From: a virus
Virus record (IMG/VR): IMGVR_UViG_3300031576_000004
Location: 1-64,000 of that record
Reading direction: 5' to 3' (one strand)
DNA: 64,000 bases
Position numbers and translations under genes: made by a program. The notes beneath the pieces were generated by a model. The model did no database searches. It saw nothing but the letters and a program-made list of their open reading frames with translations, and had not been told where the DNA came from. Below, in pieces: positions 28,335 through 37,787 of this stretch (its first letter is position 1; each line of letters opens with the position of its first letter).

Positions 28335-29702
28335 TTAGTCAGTGAGTTTATTAACAGCGTGTCCAGCTCCATATGCGGCGAGTCCAGCGCCACCAATCCC
28401 AGCCGCAGTGGCTACAGGATGTGCTTTGGCAAATCTTCCAGCAAGATTCGCTGTTCCCTTAAGTTTTCCTGTGATTCCAGCCCTGCCACCCCATAGTTTC
28501 CCAAGCTGAGAGACTCCAGTTCCAATCGCTGACCCAAGACCGCCGGCCTCCTTATCCATAAGCCTCTGAGCAAGATTGTCACGAGTCTTGTCAGAGGCTT
28601 GTTTAGCTTCAAATCTCGCCTGATTTTTTCTTATTGCTCTGCCAATCCTAGAGCCGACGTACCCAAGACCAGCGCCTGCGGCAGCGCCACCAACGGTTGC
28701 GCCAAGAGCCTTGCCGCCTTTTAAGCCTTTAAGCTTACCAAGATGGTGCCCAATAAAACCACCCGCTCCACCACCGAGAACGGTCTGGACACCAGGTCGG
28801 CTTACTTCAGCGTTGTAATGACCAATTCCTTCTGCCAGACCTCCGGTCTTCTTCATTACTTTGGCGTGCAGTTTCTTCTTGTGGGTCGGAAGTGGCAAAT
28901 CGCCAGGCTCATCATTAGATGTTACTGGAGTCTCAGGAATGCCGGCAGCCAATTTGGAAAACAATTCAGCCTTCTTTGTCATTTTAATCTTTCTCCCTGT
29001 TCCCATTTGTGGGGCAGCACCTGTGGATCCACCGTAACCCATCATCATATTAGCGCATTTATGTAACTTCTCCATAACTTTCTTTCTGCCTGTACCGTAA
29101 GAGGTTGCGCTCCCAACATAAGTCGCGGCAGCGGTCTTAATCTTGAATTTATCACCAAGCTTTGTTTTTGCTTTCACGACCTTCCCAAGAGCCTGTAATC
29201 TTCCTGTGCCGTTTTCTCCGTCATCGAATTCGGCTTTCTTTTCCGAATCCTCGAGCTTCTGAAGGCGCTTCGCATTCTCGCGGATCTTGTTAATCGCCTT
29301 TTGTTCTTTGGCATGATGCTCAGGAGTTTCCTCGATCTCGGATTTCTCAGATGCTAGTTTCTTTGTTAGGCTCTTTATTCCGCTCGCTGCACCAGCAATA
29401 TTGGCTACCCTGGATATAACAGGAAGTGCTCTTGCTGCAGCAAGGCCAGCGCCGGCAATAAGTGGGGCAATTGCGGTCTTTTCTGAAGCCAACTTCTCTG
29501 GTCCATCTGATGGCTGTCCACGCCGGACATATCCCTCATTTGTAGGGGAATCTGTTGCTTCTGCGTGGTTATTAAACTGATGTTCGAAGATCCCATAAAC
29601 ACACGCATTGCACGGCGCGCTCTCTGCCGGAGCTGCACTATGCACGCATGTCTTACAGGCAAATGCGGTATCGGTAGCTTGCTTTTTCATTAGCCTCTCC
29701 AT
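28335..29702 (-). CDS. Putative internal head polyprotein with about 12 K-x-A sites
   Basis: KQAT, EKLAS, EKTA, KKLAS, KQAS, DKEAG; CxxC pair. Confidence 0.7.
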   Translation of the reverse strand: MERLMKKQATDTAFACKTCVHSAAPAESAPCNACVYGIFEHQFNNHAEATDSPTNEGYVRRGQPSDGPEKLASEKTAIAPLIAGAGLAAARALPVISRVANIAGAASGIKSLTKKLASEKSEIEETPEHHAKEQKAINKIRENAKRLQKLEDSEKKAEFDDGENGTGRLQALGKVVKAKTKLGDKFKIKTAAATYVGSATSYGTGRKKVMEKLHKCANMMMGYGGSTGAAPQMGTGRKIKMTKKAELFSKLAAGIPETPVTSNDEPGDLPLPTHKKKLHAKVMKKTGGLAEGIGHYNAEVSRPGVQTVLGGGAGGFIGHHLGKLKGLKGGKALGATVGGAAAGAGLGYVGSRIGRAIRKNQARFEAKQASDKTRDNLAQRLMDKEAGGLGSAIGTGVSQLGKLWGGRAGITGKLKGTANLAGRFAKAHPVATAAGIGGAGLAAYGAGHAVNKLTD

Positions 29703-30346
29703 TTAATGTCTCCTGCATCCGCAAGTCTTCCCTTTTGGAAGGCTGTCCTTGGTTGCTGTTTAAATGCTTCTATACCAGAAGACATTCCTCTTGGCATTAG
29801 GCTAGCTGGCTTCGCTGCCTTAGCTGCGAGACCCTTAGCCAGAAGACTCTGTGGGGCTTTTGCTGCAGTAGCAGCCCCGCCAAGCCTTCCAGCAAGTCTC
29901 TTAGCTAAATCAAATAGACCGGCTTCTTTATCTAGGCCAACAAGTTCATCAGTAAATCCAACTAGACATTCCTTGTACATGTCATACGGAAGCGTGGCCT
30001 CATATGGGCCATCAGGAATAATGAGTTCTTCGCCGTCAGCTGTACCAGCAACTGCATCGTCAATACTGTCGTATTGCGTGATCTCAGAGTCTTCGTCTGG
30101 CTCGATAGATGCCAACTTCAAAAGAAGCGTGTCACGAGCGGATGCTTGCTTCTTTGTGGTGTACTTCACAATGTCAGCAAGCTTCCTTCTTCCGTTCTTG
30201 TTATCCACTCGCTTACCCACCCTTCCTGATCCATATGCTGGGCTTATAGCCCGCTCTGGATTAATAATGTCTGCTACGGGACTAGCGTTATATCCTCTAT
30301 CCTTCCAGTAAGGCCCGCTATTATCAATCGCGTCTTCAACTGACAT
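29690..30346 (-). CDS. Putative internal head protein
   Basis: KKQAS, LKLAS, GFTDEL...DKEAG. Confidence 0.7.
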   Translation of the reverse strand: MSVEDAIDNSGPYWKDRGYNASPVADIINPERAISPAYGSGRVGKRVDNKNGRRKLADIVKYTTKKQASARDTLLLKLASIEPDEDSEITQYDSIDDAVAGTADGEELIIPDGPYEATLPYDMYKECLVGFTDELVGLDKEAGLFDLAKRLAGRLGGAATAAKAPQSLLAKGLAAKAAKPASLMPRGMSSGIEAFKQQPRTAFQKGRLADAGDIKWRG

Positions 30347-30701
30347 CGCTGTTACTGTTCTTGCCTGCTAGATAACCAGCTGGAGCTCCAACTGCAGCTC
30401 CAGCAGCCCCAACCACAAGACTCTTCTTGAGTTTATCTTTGTTAGATGCGCTTGCTGTAGCAGCCTTGTCTTTCATCTCTCTTAAGCCTCTAAGTATTTC
30501 CTTATGAAACCCAGCTTTGACATTAGTGTTCTCATGGAGTTCTGGGTAAAGATGTCCAACCTTAGGATGCTTCTTAAGGCGCATGTGCTCATTAAGAAGC
30601 TTCTTGTATCTCTTTCCGGTGCCTCCGGCGAGCATCTCATAGGCCCTATATGTCTTTATAGCGACCTTCTCAAAAAGATGATCATGTGCCTCAGTCCACA
30701 T
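30336..30701 (-). CDS. Putative internal head protein
   Basis: Start reassigned to MWTEAHDHLFEKVAI; C-terminal Gly zipper. Confidence 0.65.
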   Translation of the reverse strand: MWTEAHDHLFEKVAIKTYRAYEMLAGGTGKRYKKLLNEHMRLKKHPKVGHLYPELHENTNVKAGFHKEILRGLREMKDKAATASASNKDKLKKSLVVGAAGAAVGAPAGYLAGKNSNSDVS

Positions 30702-30705
30702 TGAG

Positions 30706-31359
30706 CTAGTACTTTCCGCTAAGCGCCTGCCCGATGCTGCCGATGGCCCGACTTGGATCCATCGCTCCGCCATAACCGACCTGTCCCTGATTGATGTCTT
30801 TTTGCATCGCAATTAGATCCTTAACTGTCTGATGATCAACCTCGCCCCAGTTCTTCATGCGGCGTAGCAGAGTACCGGCCACCATTGGATTGGCGGCGAT
30901 GTCTGGGGCGTAATCAGTCAGAACATTCCAGTGCTGCTTTACGTTAGGATCTCCCTCAAGCTCTGGATGCGCCTTTATAACAGTATCGAACGAGCTCTTC
31001 ATCTTATTGCGACGAGAAAGCCAGCTAAGGCCAATGGACGCTGGGATCACTGATGCAACACCAAGCTGAGCTATTGCCAAGGCAGCCTTAAGGCTATTTA
31101 TTCCTCTCCCGCCACCCTTTACTACCTTCCCAATAGCGATCTTCTCATATGCCTCAAATGCCTCTGCAATCTTGTTAAACGTAACCTCATCCATCTCGTC
31201 GCCATCTGCAAATTCGCTCTTAACGAATTCACAGAAGGCTTCGCGCCCTTCACCGAGCTTCTCGAGCATGGTCTCCTTAATAGAGGATAGCTTTACCATA
31301 TCCTCTTCTGTAAGAGACCCGCTCTGCCTAAGAGATTCTACGGATGATGGGAATGACAT
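30706..31359 (-). CDS. Putative internal head/core protein
   Basis: EKLG, NKIA, EKIA motifs; AGGAG RBS. Confidence 0.7.
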   Translation of the reverse strand: MSFPSSVESLRQSGSLTEEDMVKLSSIKETMLEKLGEGREAFCEFVKSEFADGDEMDEVTFNKIAEAFEAYEKIAIGKVVKGGGRGINSLKAALAIAQLGVASVIPASIGLSWLSRRNKMKSSFDTVIKAHPELEGDPNVKQHWNVLTDYAPDIAANPMVAGTLLRRMKNWGEVDHQTVKDLIAMQKDINQGQVGYGGAMDPSRAIGSIGQALSGKY

Positions 31360-31368
31360 TAATATCTC

Positions 31369-31665
31369 CTAGTATAGATAGTACGGATTCTTAAACTGTT
31401 GAAGTGTCCCAGAGCCCGTCCCAGTGGATGGCTGACGGATTCCCTTAATGCCTTTCCCTGCGGCGCTAATAGCGGATCCGCCGAGATACGCGCTAGTAAG
31501 GCTCCTTCCGAGGCTGAGCTTTCCCTTAGAGTGGGTCATGAACTTCAGGGCCGCACCGCCGGCCTTTCCAGCGCCAGAAGCTATCGCGCCAGGAATGCCC
31601 CATCCAGCTCCGAGCTTAGTTAGCTCGTCTGAAAAGCCTTCCATGACCTTTGGGTTCGGTGTCAT
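31369..31665 (-). CDS. Putative internal head protein
   Basis: GFSDELTKLG. Confidence 0.65.
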   Translation of the reverse strand: MTPNPKVMEGFSDELTKLGAGWGIPGAIASGAGKAGGAALKFMTHSKGKLSLGRSLTSAYLGGSAISAAGKGIKGIRQPSTGTGSGTLQQFKNPYYLY

Positions 31666-32057
31666 TAGCCTGCAAGTTTCTCAATCAACTCTGCCTTCTT
31701 GGTGTGTCCCTTTTTCTTCGTGTCTTTCCCGTGCGCAAGATAAGCGCCAAGACCACCACCCACTGCACTGCCAGCAACGCCAGTTATACCGGCTCCGATC
31801 AATTTTTTTACAAGAGCCTTTTCTCCACCGGCGCTGAAATCTATCATATGCCTCTTAAGTGCTCTGCTCGCCATTATCAGGCCTGGAGCGGATCCAATCC
31901 CACTTCCAATTCCAGCGCCAGTAGCAGTTCTTAACTTTTTACCCTTTTCTGCTCCGATAGCTCCACCGATTGCTCCGCCAATGGCACCGCCAACGGTTGC
32001 GCGTTTTCTGGTGGCCACCTTTTCCATCAACTGCTTATGTGCTTCGGCCAGTGCCAT
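31665..32057 (-). CDS. Putative internal head protein, glycine zippers
   Basis: AHKQLMEKVA, GGAIGGAIGGAIG, EKLAG. Confidence 0.7.
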   Translation of the reverse strand: MALAEAHKQLMEKVATRKRATVGGAIGGAIGGAIGAEKGKKLRTATGAGIGSGIGSAPGLIMASRALKRHMIDFSAGGEKALVKKLIGAGITGVAGSAVGGGLGAYLAHGKDTKKKGHTKKAELIEKLAG

Positions 32058-32060
32058 GTT

Positions 32061-33008
32061 TTAATGCCCCCTCAGGCCAGAGCCTGCATTCTCTTGTTGC
32101 TGATCTACAAACGCATCAGTTGTAAGACTGTTATTAAGGAACTGGATCTTCTCGGTTACATATTGGGCCTTGCCATCCAACAGCAGAGTCGCATGCCTCA
32201 GACGATCCTCTTCGGAGATTTGCTCTACGAGAGTATTGACCAAAGTGATTACTGGGTGGTTGCCATTAACAACGCGCACCTGCTGGTGGTGTTCAGTTGT
32301 TGGGGAAAGGTCTGTAGAGATCAATTCCTCTCCAACGGCTTCTGCAGTCTTGAGCTGCATTGCTGCGCCATAGACGCCTTCCTTGGCTAGCTTGTGAGCA
32401 ATTTTCTTAAAGGTGGTCAGGAGATAGTCGTTGTCAGCCTTAGTTGCTTCCTGGCAAGCATAGATGATGTCCTTGATATCTACGTCGTTCATAACCATCT
32501 GCTTGGCGACCTTGTATAGATCCTCTTCGGTCTCTACGCGGGCGCGAACAACTGAAGAGAACTTGTCTGCAATCTCCTGCTTGGCAGCCTTGATTAGATC
32601 TACAGCATTCTCTGCTCGCGCCTTCTTCTCTAGGACAGAGTCGCGATTAGAGATTGAACCTATGCCGAACACCTTATTAACATTGAAGTCTTCCCTGATA
32701 GGCCTTGGCGCAGACTCATAAGAATCGGCAGTCTTCGCTGGTTCATCTACTTCTTCTAGGGAAGACACGATCTCGTTCAGGTGCGCCACGTCGAAGTGGA
32801 AGTTCTTATCCTGTGACGTATTGAACATGTGTCCATAGGTATCAATGTTTGCGCTCTCAACAACCCTTGAGATCTGCTGTGGAGTAAGCCCGTTGTCACC
32901 AGCCAGCTTCGAGATTGTCTTATTAAGAGGGACACCATTCTCGAGATATTCACGAGAAGCCTGATGGCCCCACTCAGAGAACTTCTCAGGGCTTAATTCG
33001 GATGGCAT
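32061..33008 (-). CDS. Head-module protein of unknown function
   Basis: Between terminase and cargo genes; AKTAD, LKTAE; AGGAG RBS. Confidence 0.75.
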   Translation of the reverse strand: MPSELSPEKFSEWGHQASREYLENGVPLNKTISKLAGDNGLTPQQISRVVESANIDTYGHMFNTSQDKNFHFDVAHLNEIVSSLEEVDEPAKTADSYESAPRPIREDFNVNKVFGIGSISNRDSVLEKKARAENAVDLIKAAKQEIADKFSSVVRARVETEEDLYKVAKQMVMNDVDIKDIIYACQEATKADNDYLLTTFKKIAHKLAKEGVYGAAMQLKTAEAVGEELISTDLSPTTEHHQQVRVVNGNHPVITLVNTLVEQISEEDRLRHATLLLDGKAQYVTEKIQFLNNSLTTDAFVDQQQENAGSGLRGH

Positions 33009-33067
33009 AGAATGCTCCTATTAAAACTGACATATCTTATCAGCCCAACTATTGGGCGTCAACAGGA

Positions 33068-34804
33068 TTAGATCGTGCCGCCACGATAATAGTAATTGGC
33101 AGCAAGCTTGCAATAAAGAATTGAATGGAATACGTCGTCTGGTTTCCCTTGCTGGTGATTGTAATGCATTATCTGGCGAGACTCGTTGTACTCAGTTTCG
33201 ATATTCATCATTTCCACGGCGTACTCTTTAAACTCGTCGTAATTAAAGAACTTAATATTCTGCTTTTTAATGTCCATAAATAGCTCGGACATCATAATGG
33301 TCCTATCTACAAGGTATCTCTGGGACGCCCCATCGAATTTGGCCCTTAGCTTGGACGATACGTATTGGATCTCCATTACCTTGTGATGTCCGAAGCCTTC
33401 CCTAAGGACTGCGTTCTTATCGGCACCGAAGCCCCAGTCACAGCCTACTAGCTGGACTTGGTAGTTACGCATCATCTGGGCGACGATCTTTGGCTGCACA
33501 GATAAGTCAGACTCTCTGCCCAATAGCTTCTTTATATGGAAGATTGTTACTCGCTTACCGTCCATAATAGCCCCGAAGGTAAGAACGGTATGCGAGCTCT
33601 CTGGGTCCTCAGCACTAGGGCCAGCCCAGTCGATACCCATTACAATTGGATATCTAAAGAAAATTGGATCTACTTGGATCTGGTTCTGTAGCTCATTATC
33701 GCAGCACTGCCTGATTTCCCACTCTGTGACTGGCTTAACGCCTGAGTCGTAAGGCAGACCTAGAACCTCGTTGTGGAACTTCTGAGTGCTGTAATGCTTG
33801 CGCTTCTCTAATATGTCATCATGTTTGATCCAGCTCACCATTAACTGCGAGATCCTGTAGCCTTTCCACTTTGCTCCCTTATTAAGGTCAACCCAGGTGG
33901 CGTCTGGCCGCTGTGGGTAGATCTGCTTCTTGCAGCGCTTGCACTGCAGGAATTCAGGCCCCACAGAGCTATCGTCAAGATAGTTCCAGTAGGCCTTAGA
34001 TTCGCTCTGTTTGGACGATCCAGGCCCCATTAGGTGCAATGTCACACAGTTGCAAGGAACGAGCCACTCCGTTTGAGTAGAGCGTTCCCAGTAGGACTGC
34101 ATGGCCGACGTGGTGGTCTTTGGCGTGCCCGTATAGACCTGGATCTTCATTTCGCCAGGTTCTATTTTGAATGACAGCGTTTCTTCAACGACTGGCAGGT
34201 TCTCTGTTAACAGGTCCTGAAGCTCGTCTACACACAGCAGCGATGCAGACAAACCGCGGACTCGGTCAGCATTCAAGTAGCAGTAGCGCAGGTGGATATT
34301 AGATCCATTAGTAAACGTTCTCTGCAGAACCTTCTTAATGCACTTGGTAGACGTCAACTCGCGTCTAATAGTAGGGCTGTACTCGATTGTGGCCCTCAGC
34401 CTGTCGTTTGAGAACTGTGACGTCTGGATAGACGACGGGCTCACGTAAATGCTTTTGAAGTGCGGAGTTACGGAAGAGTGATAGACAATGAAGTTGGCCA
34501 GCGATGTGCTCTTGGCAACCTGGCGGCCAGACATGATCAAAAGCTTTGGGTAGAACCTATTATAGATCGGCCTTAGGTGCGGCTGCTGGTTCAAAGAGAA
34601 AGGCCGTCCGTTAATCATAATGAAGCGCTCAGCGAACTGTTCCATTGTGACGCCATTAGTCCCAGTCGCCCCTAGAGACGGCGACTTTACCTCTTGGACC
34701 TTCTCGCCGCGCTTCTTAGCTAATATGAACTCGCGTCCCATGGCCTGAGCCTCGGACGGAGTCGCCCTTTCAATGGTTAAGTTCTTAGACTTTAGATCGA
34801 CCAT
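33068..34804 (-). CDS. terL: Terminase large subunit (GpA-like)
   Basis: GRQVAKST Walker A, LCVDELQD Walker B, GTPKT coupling motif, GIDWA and PDDVFHS nuclease motifs. Confidence 0.93.
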   Translation of the reverse strand: MVDLKSKNLTIERATPSEAQAMGREFILAKKRGEKVQEVKSPSLGATGTNGVTMEQFAERFIMINGRPFSLNQQPHLRPIYNRFYPKLLIMSGRQVAKSTSLANFIVYHSSVTPHFKSIYVSPSSIQTSQFSNDRLRATIEYSPTIRRELTSTKCIKKVLQRTFTNGSNIHLRYCYLNADRVRGLSASLLCVDELQDLLTENLPVVEETLSFKIEPGEMKIQVYTGTPKTTTSAMQSYWERSTQTEWLVPCNCVTLHLMGPGSSKQSESKAYWNYLDDSSVGPEFLQCKRCKKQIYPQRPDATWVDLNKGAKWKGYRISQLMVSWIKHDDILEKRKHYSTQKFHNEVLGLPYDSGVKPVTEWEIRQCCDNELQNQIQVDPIFFRYPIVMGIDWAGPSAEDPESSHTVLTFGAIMDGKRVTIFHIKKLLGRESDLSVQPKIVAQMMRNYQVQLVGCDWGFGADKNAVLREGFGHHKVMEIQYVSSKLRAKFDGASQRYLVDRTIMMSELFMDIKKQNIKFFNYDEFKEYAVEMMNIETEYNESRQIMHYNHQQGKPDDVFHSILYCKLAANYYYRGGTI

Positions 34805-35088
34805 TAGACCTTAGACAGTTTTGGCTTAACTACATTAGCTGGTTCGCTAAATAGCTTAGCCATCGAGGCCCTCTGTGCTCTTAGTGCTGGGGTAACTTTT
34901 AGTTTAGTAATGTACTTAGGATCAGCGAAAGCGCTCTCTTTACGAAGGATGTAAGGCTTGCCTTCTAGGATCTTGGCCATAAGAATGGCCTTCTGTGACC
35001 GCATTGCGCGATCTGCAGGAGCCTCTGACAGATCAGCCAGTTTGGCTAATAGTTCGTCTTTAGCCATGAATGACAACCTTCGGATCAA
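34804..35088 (-). CDS. Hypothetical protein
   Basis: Coupled to terL; AKLAD, RKESA. Confidence 0.55.
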   Translation of the reverse strand: MIRRLSFMAKDELLAKLADLSEAPADRAMRSQKAILMAKILEGKPYILRKESAFADPKYITKLKVTPALRAQRASMAKLFSEPANVVKPKLSKV

Positions 35089-35860
35089 TGAGTGTGCGGT
35101 TTAATAGCGGCTGGTCGATACTATCCTTGAATTTTGTAAGCATCGCATCCAGGTTCTTACTTCCACCAACTGCCTCAGATCCTGTCCGTAAGATCGGGTT
35201 GATTGTTTCGCGATCCATAACAGCAAAGGCAGCTTCAAGCGCCTTCTTGGGGTCTGTTTCAGCAATCTTCCTAATCTCAATTCTTGCTTGTTCAAAGTAA
35301 GCTTTTACCTGAGACATTCCTACAACACCGCCCTTGGCAAACTGCTCAATCTCTTCCTTCTGGACCATAATCTCGTTCTTGGCCTGAATTACCTGTTTCC
35401 TATTTCTCCAAAGCCAAGTGAGCAGACCAAGACCAATTGTGGCAGCGCCACCACCGCCAAGCGTCATCGTCATAGCTGTATTAGCCATGCTAGCGATCTT
35501 CTCTTCGTAGTTCTTTTCTTTAGCCTTGTACTCAGAGGTCAGGCGCTGATTCTCTCCTCGGACCATTCTTACTTCAGCGTCGTTCTGGTAGTCTACCTTC
35601 TTCATTGGCGACCCGAGAGACCTAGAAAGGTCAGTAGCCAGGGTATTAGCAACAACAGCGTTGCGGCCACCAGGCTCTACACCATTCTGGACTATGTCAC
35701 GGGTAACATCTACTCCAGCATCACCGAGCTGACGCTCGGTCTCAATATGCTCTTTATCCTTCTCAGGCCCAAGGCCCATATGAGCCAAGCCGAAGATGTT
35801 ACAGCCGGCACCAACAACAGTGAGAATACCGGCCATATACCACAGCGCTTGTCTCTTCAT
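35060..35860 (-). CDS. Lipoprotein with internal TM helix, spanin-like candidate
   Basis: Signal peptide with VGAG-C lipobox; TIGLGLLTWLW TM; coiled coil. Confidence 0.55.
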   Translation of the reverse strand: MKRQALWYMAGILTVVGAGCNIFGLAHMGLGPEKDKEHIETERQLGDAGVDVTRDIVQNGVEPGGRNAVVANTLATDLSRSLGSPMKKVDYQNDAEVRMVRGENQRLTSEYKAKEKNYEEKIASMANTAMTMTLGGGGAATIGLGLLTWLWRNRKQVIQAKNEIMVQKEEIEQFAKGGVVGMSQVKAYFEQARIEIRKIAETDPKKALEAAFAVMDRETINPILRTGSEAVGGSKNLDAMLTKFKDSIDQPLLNRTLIDPKVVIHG

Positions 35861-35861
35861 C

Positions 35862-36056
35862 TCACCCCCCTAAGTTTTCTGGTTCGCCTTCTTTACCTTT
35901 AAATATGTCGTTAATCTCTTTGGCCATCATCTGCTCTTCGTGGAAGCGGCGCAATTCTGACGGAGATAAATCAATATGGAAGCTATCTGTGTATATAATG
36001 CGTATTTGATTAGGCCCTAATAGCATTACCTGTTTCGCATGAAATCTGTTTTCCAT
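35862..36056 (-). CDS. Hypothetical protein
   Basis: GGAGG RBS. Confidence 0.55.
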   Translation of the reverse strand: MENRFHAKQVMLLGPNQIRIIYTDSFHIDLSPSELRRFHEEQMMAKEINDIFKGKEGEPENLGG

Positions 36057-36633
36057 GATGGTGTTCTTCCTCCAGAGGAAGCGATGGCGTCACTTCGGAC
36101 GCAACATGCTCATCCAAATAGTCGGCAAGATTTCGAAGCACACCAGAATCTTCATGTGCCAACCCTATAATCACGTTGCATCGATGACAGAGAAGTCTGC
36201 GAATCTTCCCTGTAATGTGGGCATGGTCGACACTTAGCGCCCTTACTTTGCCACCCTTACCGATGGCAGTTTCCTCTTTTTTACACACGGCACAAACGCC
36301 ATTCTGGTCAGCGTGCATAATATCGTACATTTCTTTTGTAATGCCGTATAATTTAAGTCTGCTTCTGACTAGAACATCTGCTCGTTTTTCTGGATGCCTT
36401 TCCAGCCATTTCTTTACAGCCTGAGAGCGTTTGCCTGGGTTTTCTAAAGACCATTTTTTGGCGCGAGCAAGATGTTCATCTCTATGCCCTGCATAATATG
36501 CTCTTTTTTCAGCGCAAACGCATTGTTTGCAACGAGAATATATGCCATCTTTGCTCTGACTGCATTTCGGAAAATCTCTTAAATTCTTAACTTCGCTACA
36601 TTTAGAGCACTGTTTTGTGTCGATCGTCTTCAC
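36010..36633 (-). CDS. Endonuclease VII-family (likely homing) nuclease
   Basis: CSKC...CKQC N-terminus; CAVC...LSVDHAHITGKIRRLLCHRCN. Confidence 0.88.
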   Translation of the reverse strand: MKTIDTKQCSKCSEVKNLRDFPKCSQSKDGIYSRCKQCVCAEKRAYYAGHRDEHLARAKKWSLENPGKRSQAVKKWLERHPEKRADVLVRSRLKLYGITKEMYDIMHADQNGVCAVCKKEETAIGKGGKVRALSVDHAHITGKIRRLLCHRCNVIIGLAHEDSGVLRNLADYLDEHVASEVTPSLPLEEEHHHGKQISCETGNAIRA

Positions 36634-36947
36634 TGGGATTGCTCCTTGTTCCTCTTATCGAGGTGGCGGCGCAGTTCCATTCCGCCAACAAAACAAAGCA
36701 GCATTAATATGATAACGATTACCCTGGTTGAGATGAATACAGAATCAGGGTGAACGTGGGTTCCTACGGCAGGCTCCACTAGGACCTCTGCCGCGGGCTT
36801 CTTAGTCAAGATTAACTCTGTAATCTTAATGGCTCCGGTAATAATAGTCGTAGCTAAAGAAACGAGAGCTCCGTATAGGGCATACCTGCCAACGGTGGAC
36901 TCTCCGGTCTTCTGAACAAATGGTTTAATGTCTTTAAATTGCATCAT
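36630..36947 (-). CDS. Two-TM membrane protein, holin candidate
   Basis: Two hydrophobic helices, charged C-terminus. Confidence 0.5.
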   Translation of the reverse strand: MMQFKDIKPFVQKTGESTVGRYALYGALVSLATTIITGAIKITELILTKKPAAEVLVEPAVGTHVHPDSVFISTRVIVIILMLLCFVGGMELRRHLDKRNKEQSQ

Positions 36948-36954
36948 TTTTTAC

Positions 36955-37458
36955 CTATGGCTTCTCAACGAATGAAGACTGGTTCTTCTTGTCGCCCATA
37001 TATCTCACTGCAAGCCCAGCCTTAATCAGCTCCTCGGAAAGATCCTTCAGGACACCGGCCTCATCATATTCTACCTTAGCGAGAAATCTCCCGAACTTCT
37101 CGCTATTGTTGTTCTTAACGGTGGTAATCCTGACGTATTTGTTTTCCACCTTTGATCTTGTGAATTCTGTGGCTTTTTTACCAGCTGTCTTTGTTGCCCC
37201 GTCCTTCTCTGGGGTGTCTGTGCCGTAAAGACGAAGGTTTCCAAGCTGGTATTCCCCATCACCCTCATCGCTCAGGAAGACGACTGTATCGCCGTCAACC
37301 ACACGCAGGATCCTTGCCATCCTGGTATAGTCGTCCTTGACGCTCTTCGGGATCGCGCTCGTATCAAACCCCATATTCAGAGCATCGTTAATACGCTTGG
37401 CCATTTGGGCTATCCTCCGGTTTGGAACCAGCTTATCAGACTTACACCCTTTTATCAA
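36955..37458 (-). CDS. Thermonuclease (SNase-like) protein
   Basis: RVVDGDT, LRLYGTDTPE, EKFGRFLA, LIKAGLA. Confidence 0.9.
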   Translation of the reverse strand: MIKGCKSDKLVPNRRIAQMAKRINDALNMGFDTSAIPKSVKDDYTRMARILRVVDGDTVVFLSDEGDGEYQLGNLRLYGTDTPEKDGATKTAGKKATEFTRSKVENKYVRITTVKNNNSEKFGRFLAKVEYDEAGVLKDLSEELIKAGLAVRYMGDKKNQSSFVEKP

Positions 37459-37471
37459 GGGCTTGTTTTAG

Positions 37472-37482
37472 GGTATAAGAAC
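37472..37482 (+). promoter_or_regulatory. Phage promoter-like motif at strand switch
   Basis: GGTATAAGAAC heading the + strand accessory block. Confidence 0.65.
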
Positions 37483-37523
37483 TTGGAAGCCTAAATATAA
37501 CTAACTACACAAGGAGAACCACC

Positions 37524-37787
37524 ATGCCCATGCAAATCGAGACTATGGATCCTATCCCTGCCGGCGAGAATCCCTTCCTGTATGACCATTACCATATGGG
37601 AACCAGGATTGGCGAGAATATCATCATCATGCACGCCAAGCACACCGAGCAGAAGCAGGGCTACGTAATTGTCTGCAACACAGAGACTGGAGAGCGCTTC
37701 AAGATCCATTTCGACCAAGTCCAGTCCAAAAAGGACGGACAGATCGCCAGTGTCATGAATATGATTCTGGCCTCGGAGAATATGTGA
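37524..37787 (+). CDS. Hypothetical protein
   Basis: AAGGAG RBS. Confidence 0.7.
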   Translation: MPMQIETMDPIPAGENPFLYDHYHMGTRIGENIIIMHAKHTEQKQGYVIVCNTETGERFKIHFDQVQSKKDGQIASVMNMILASENM

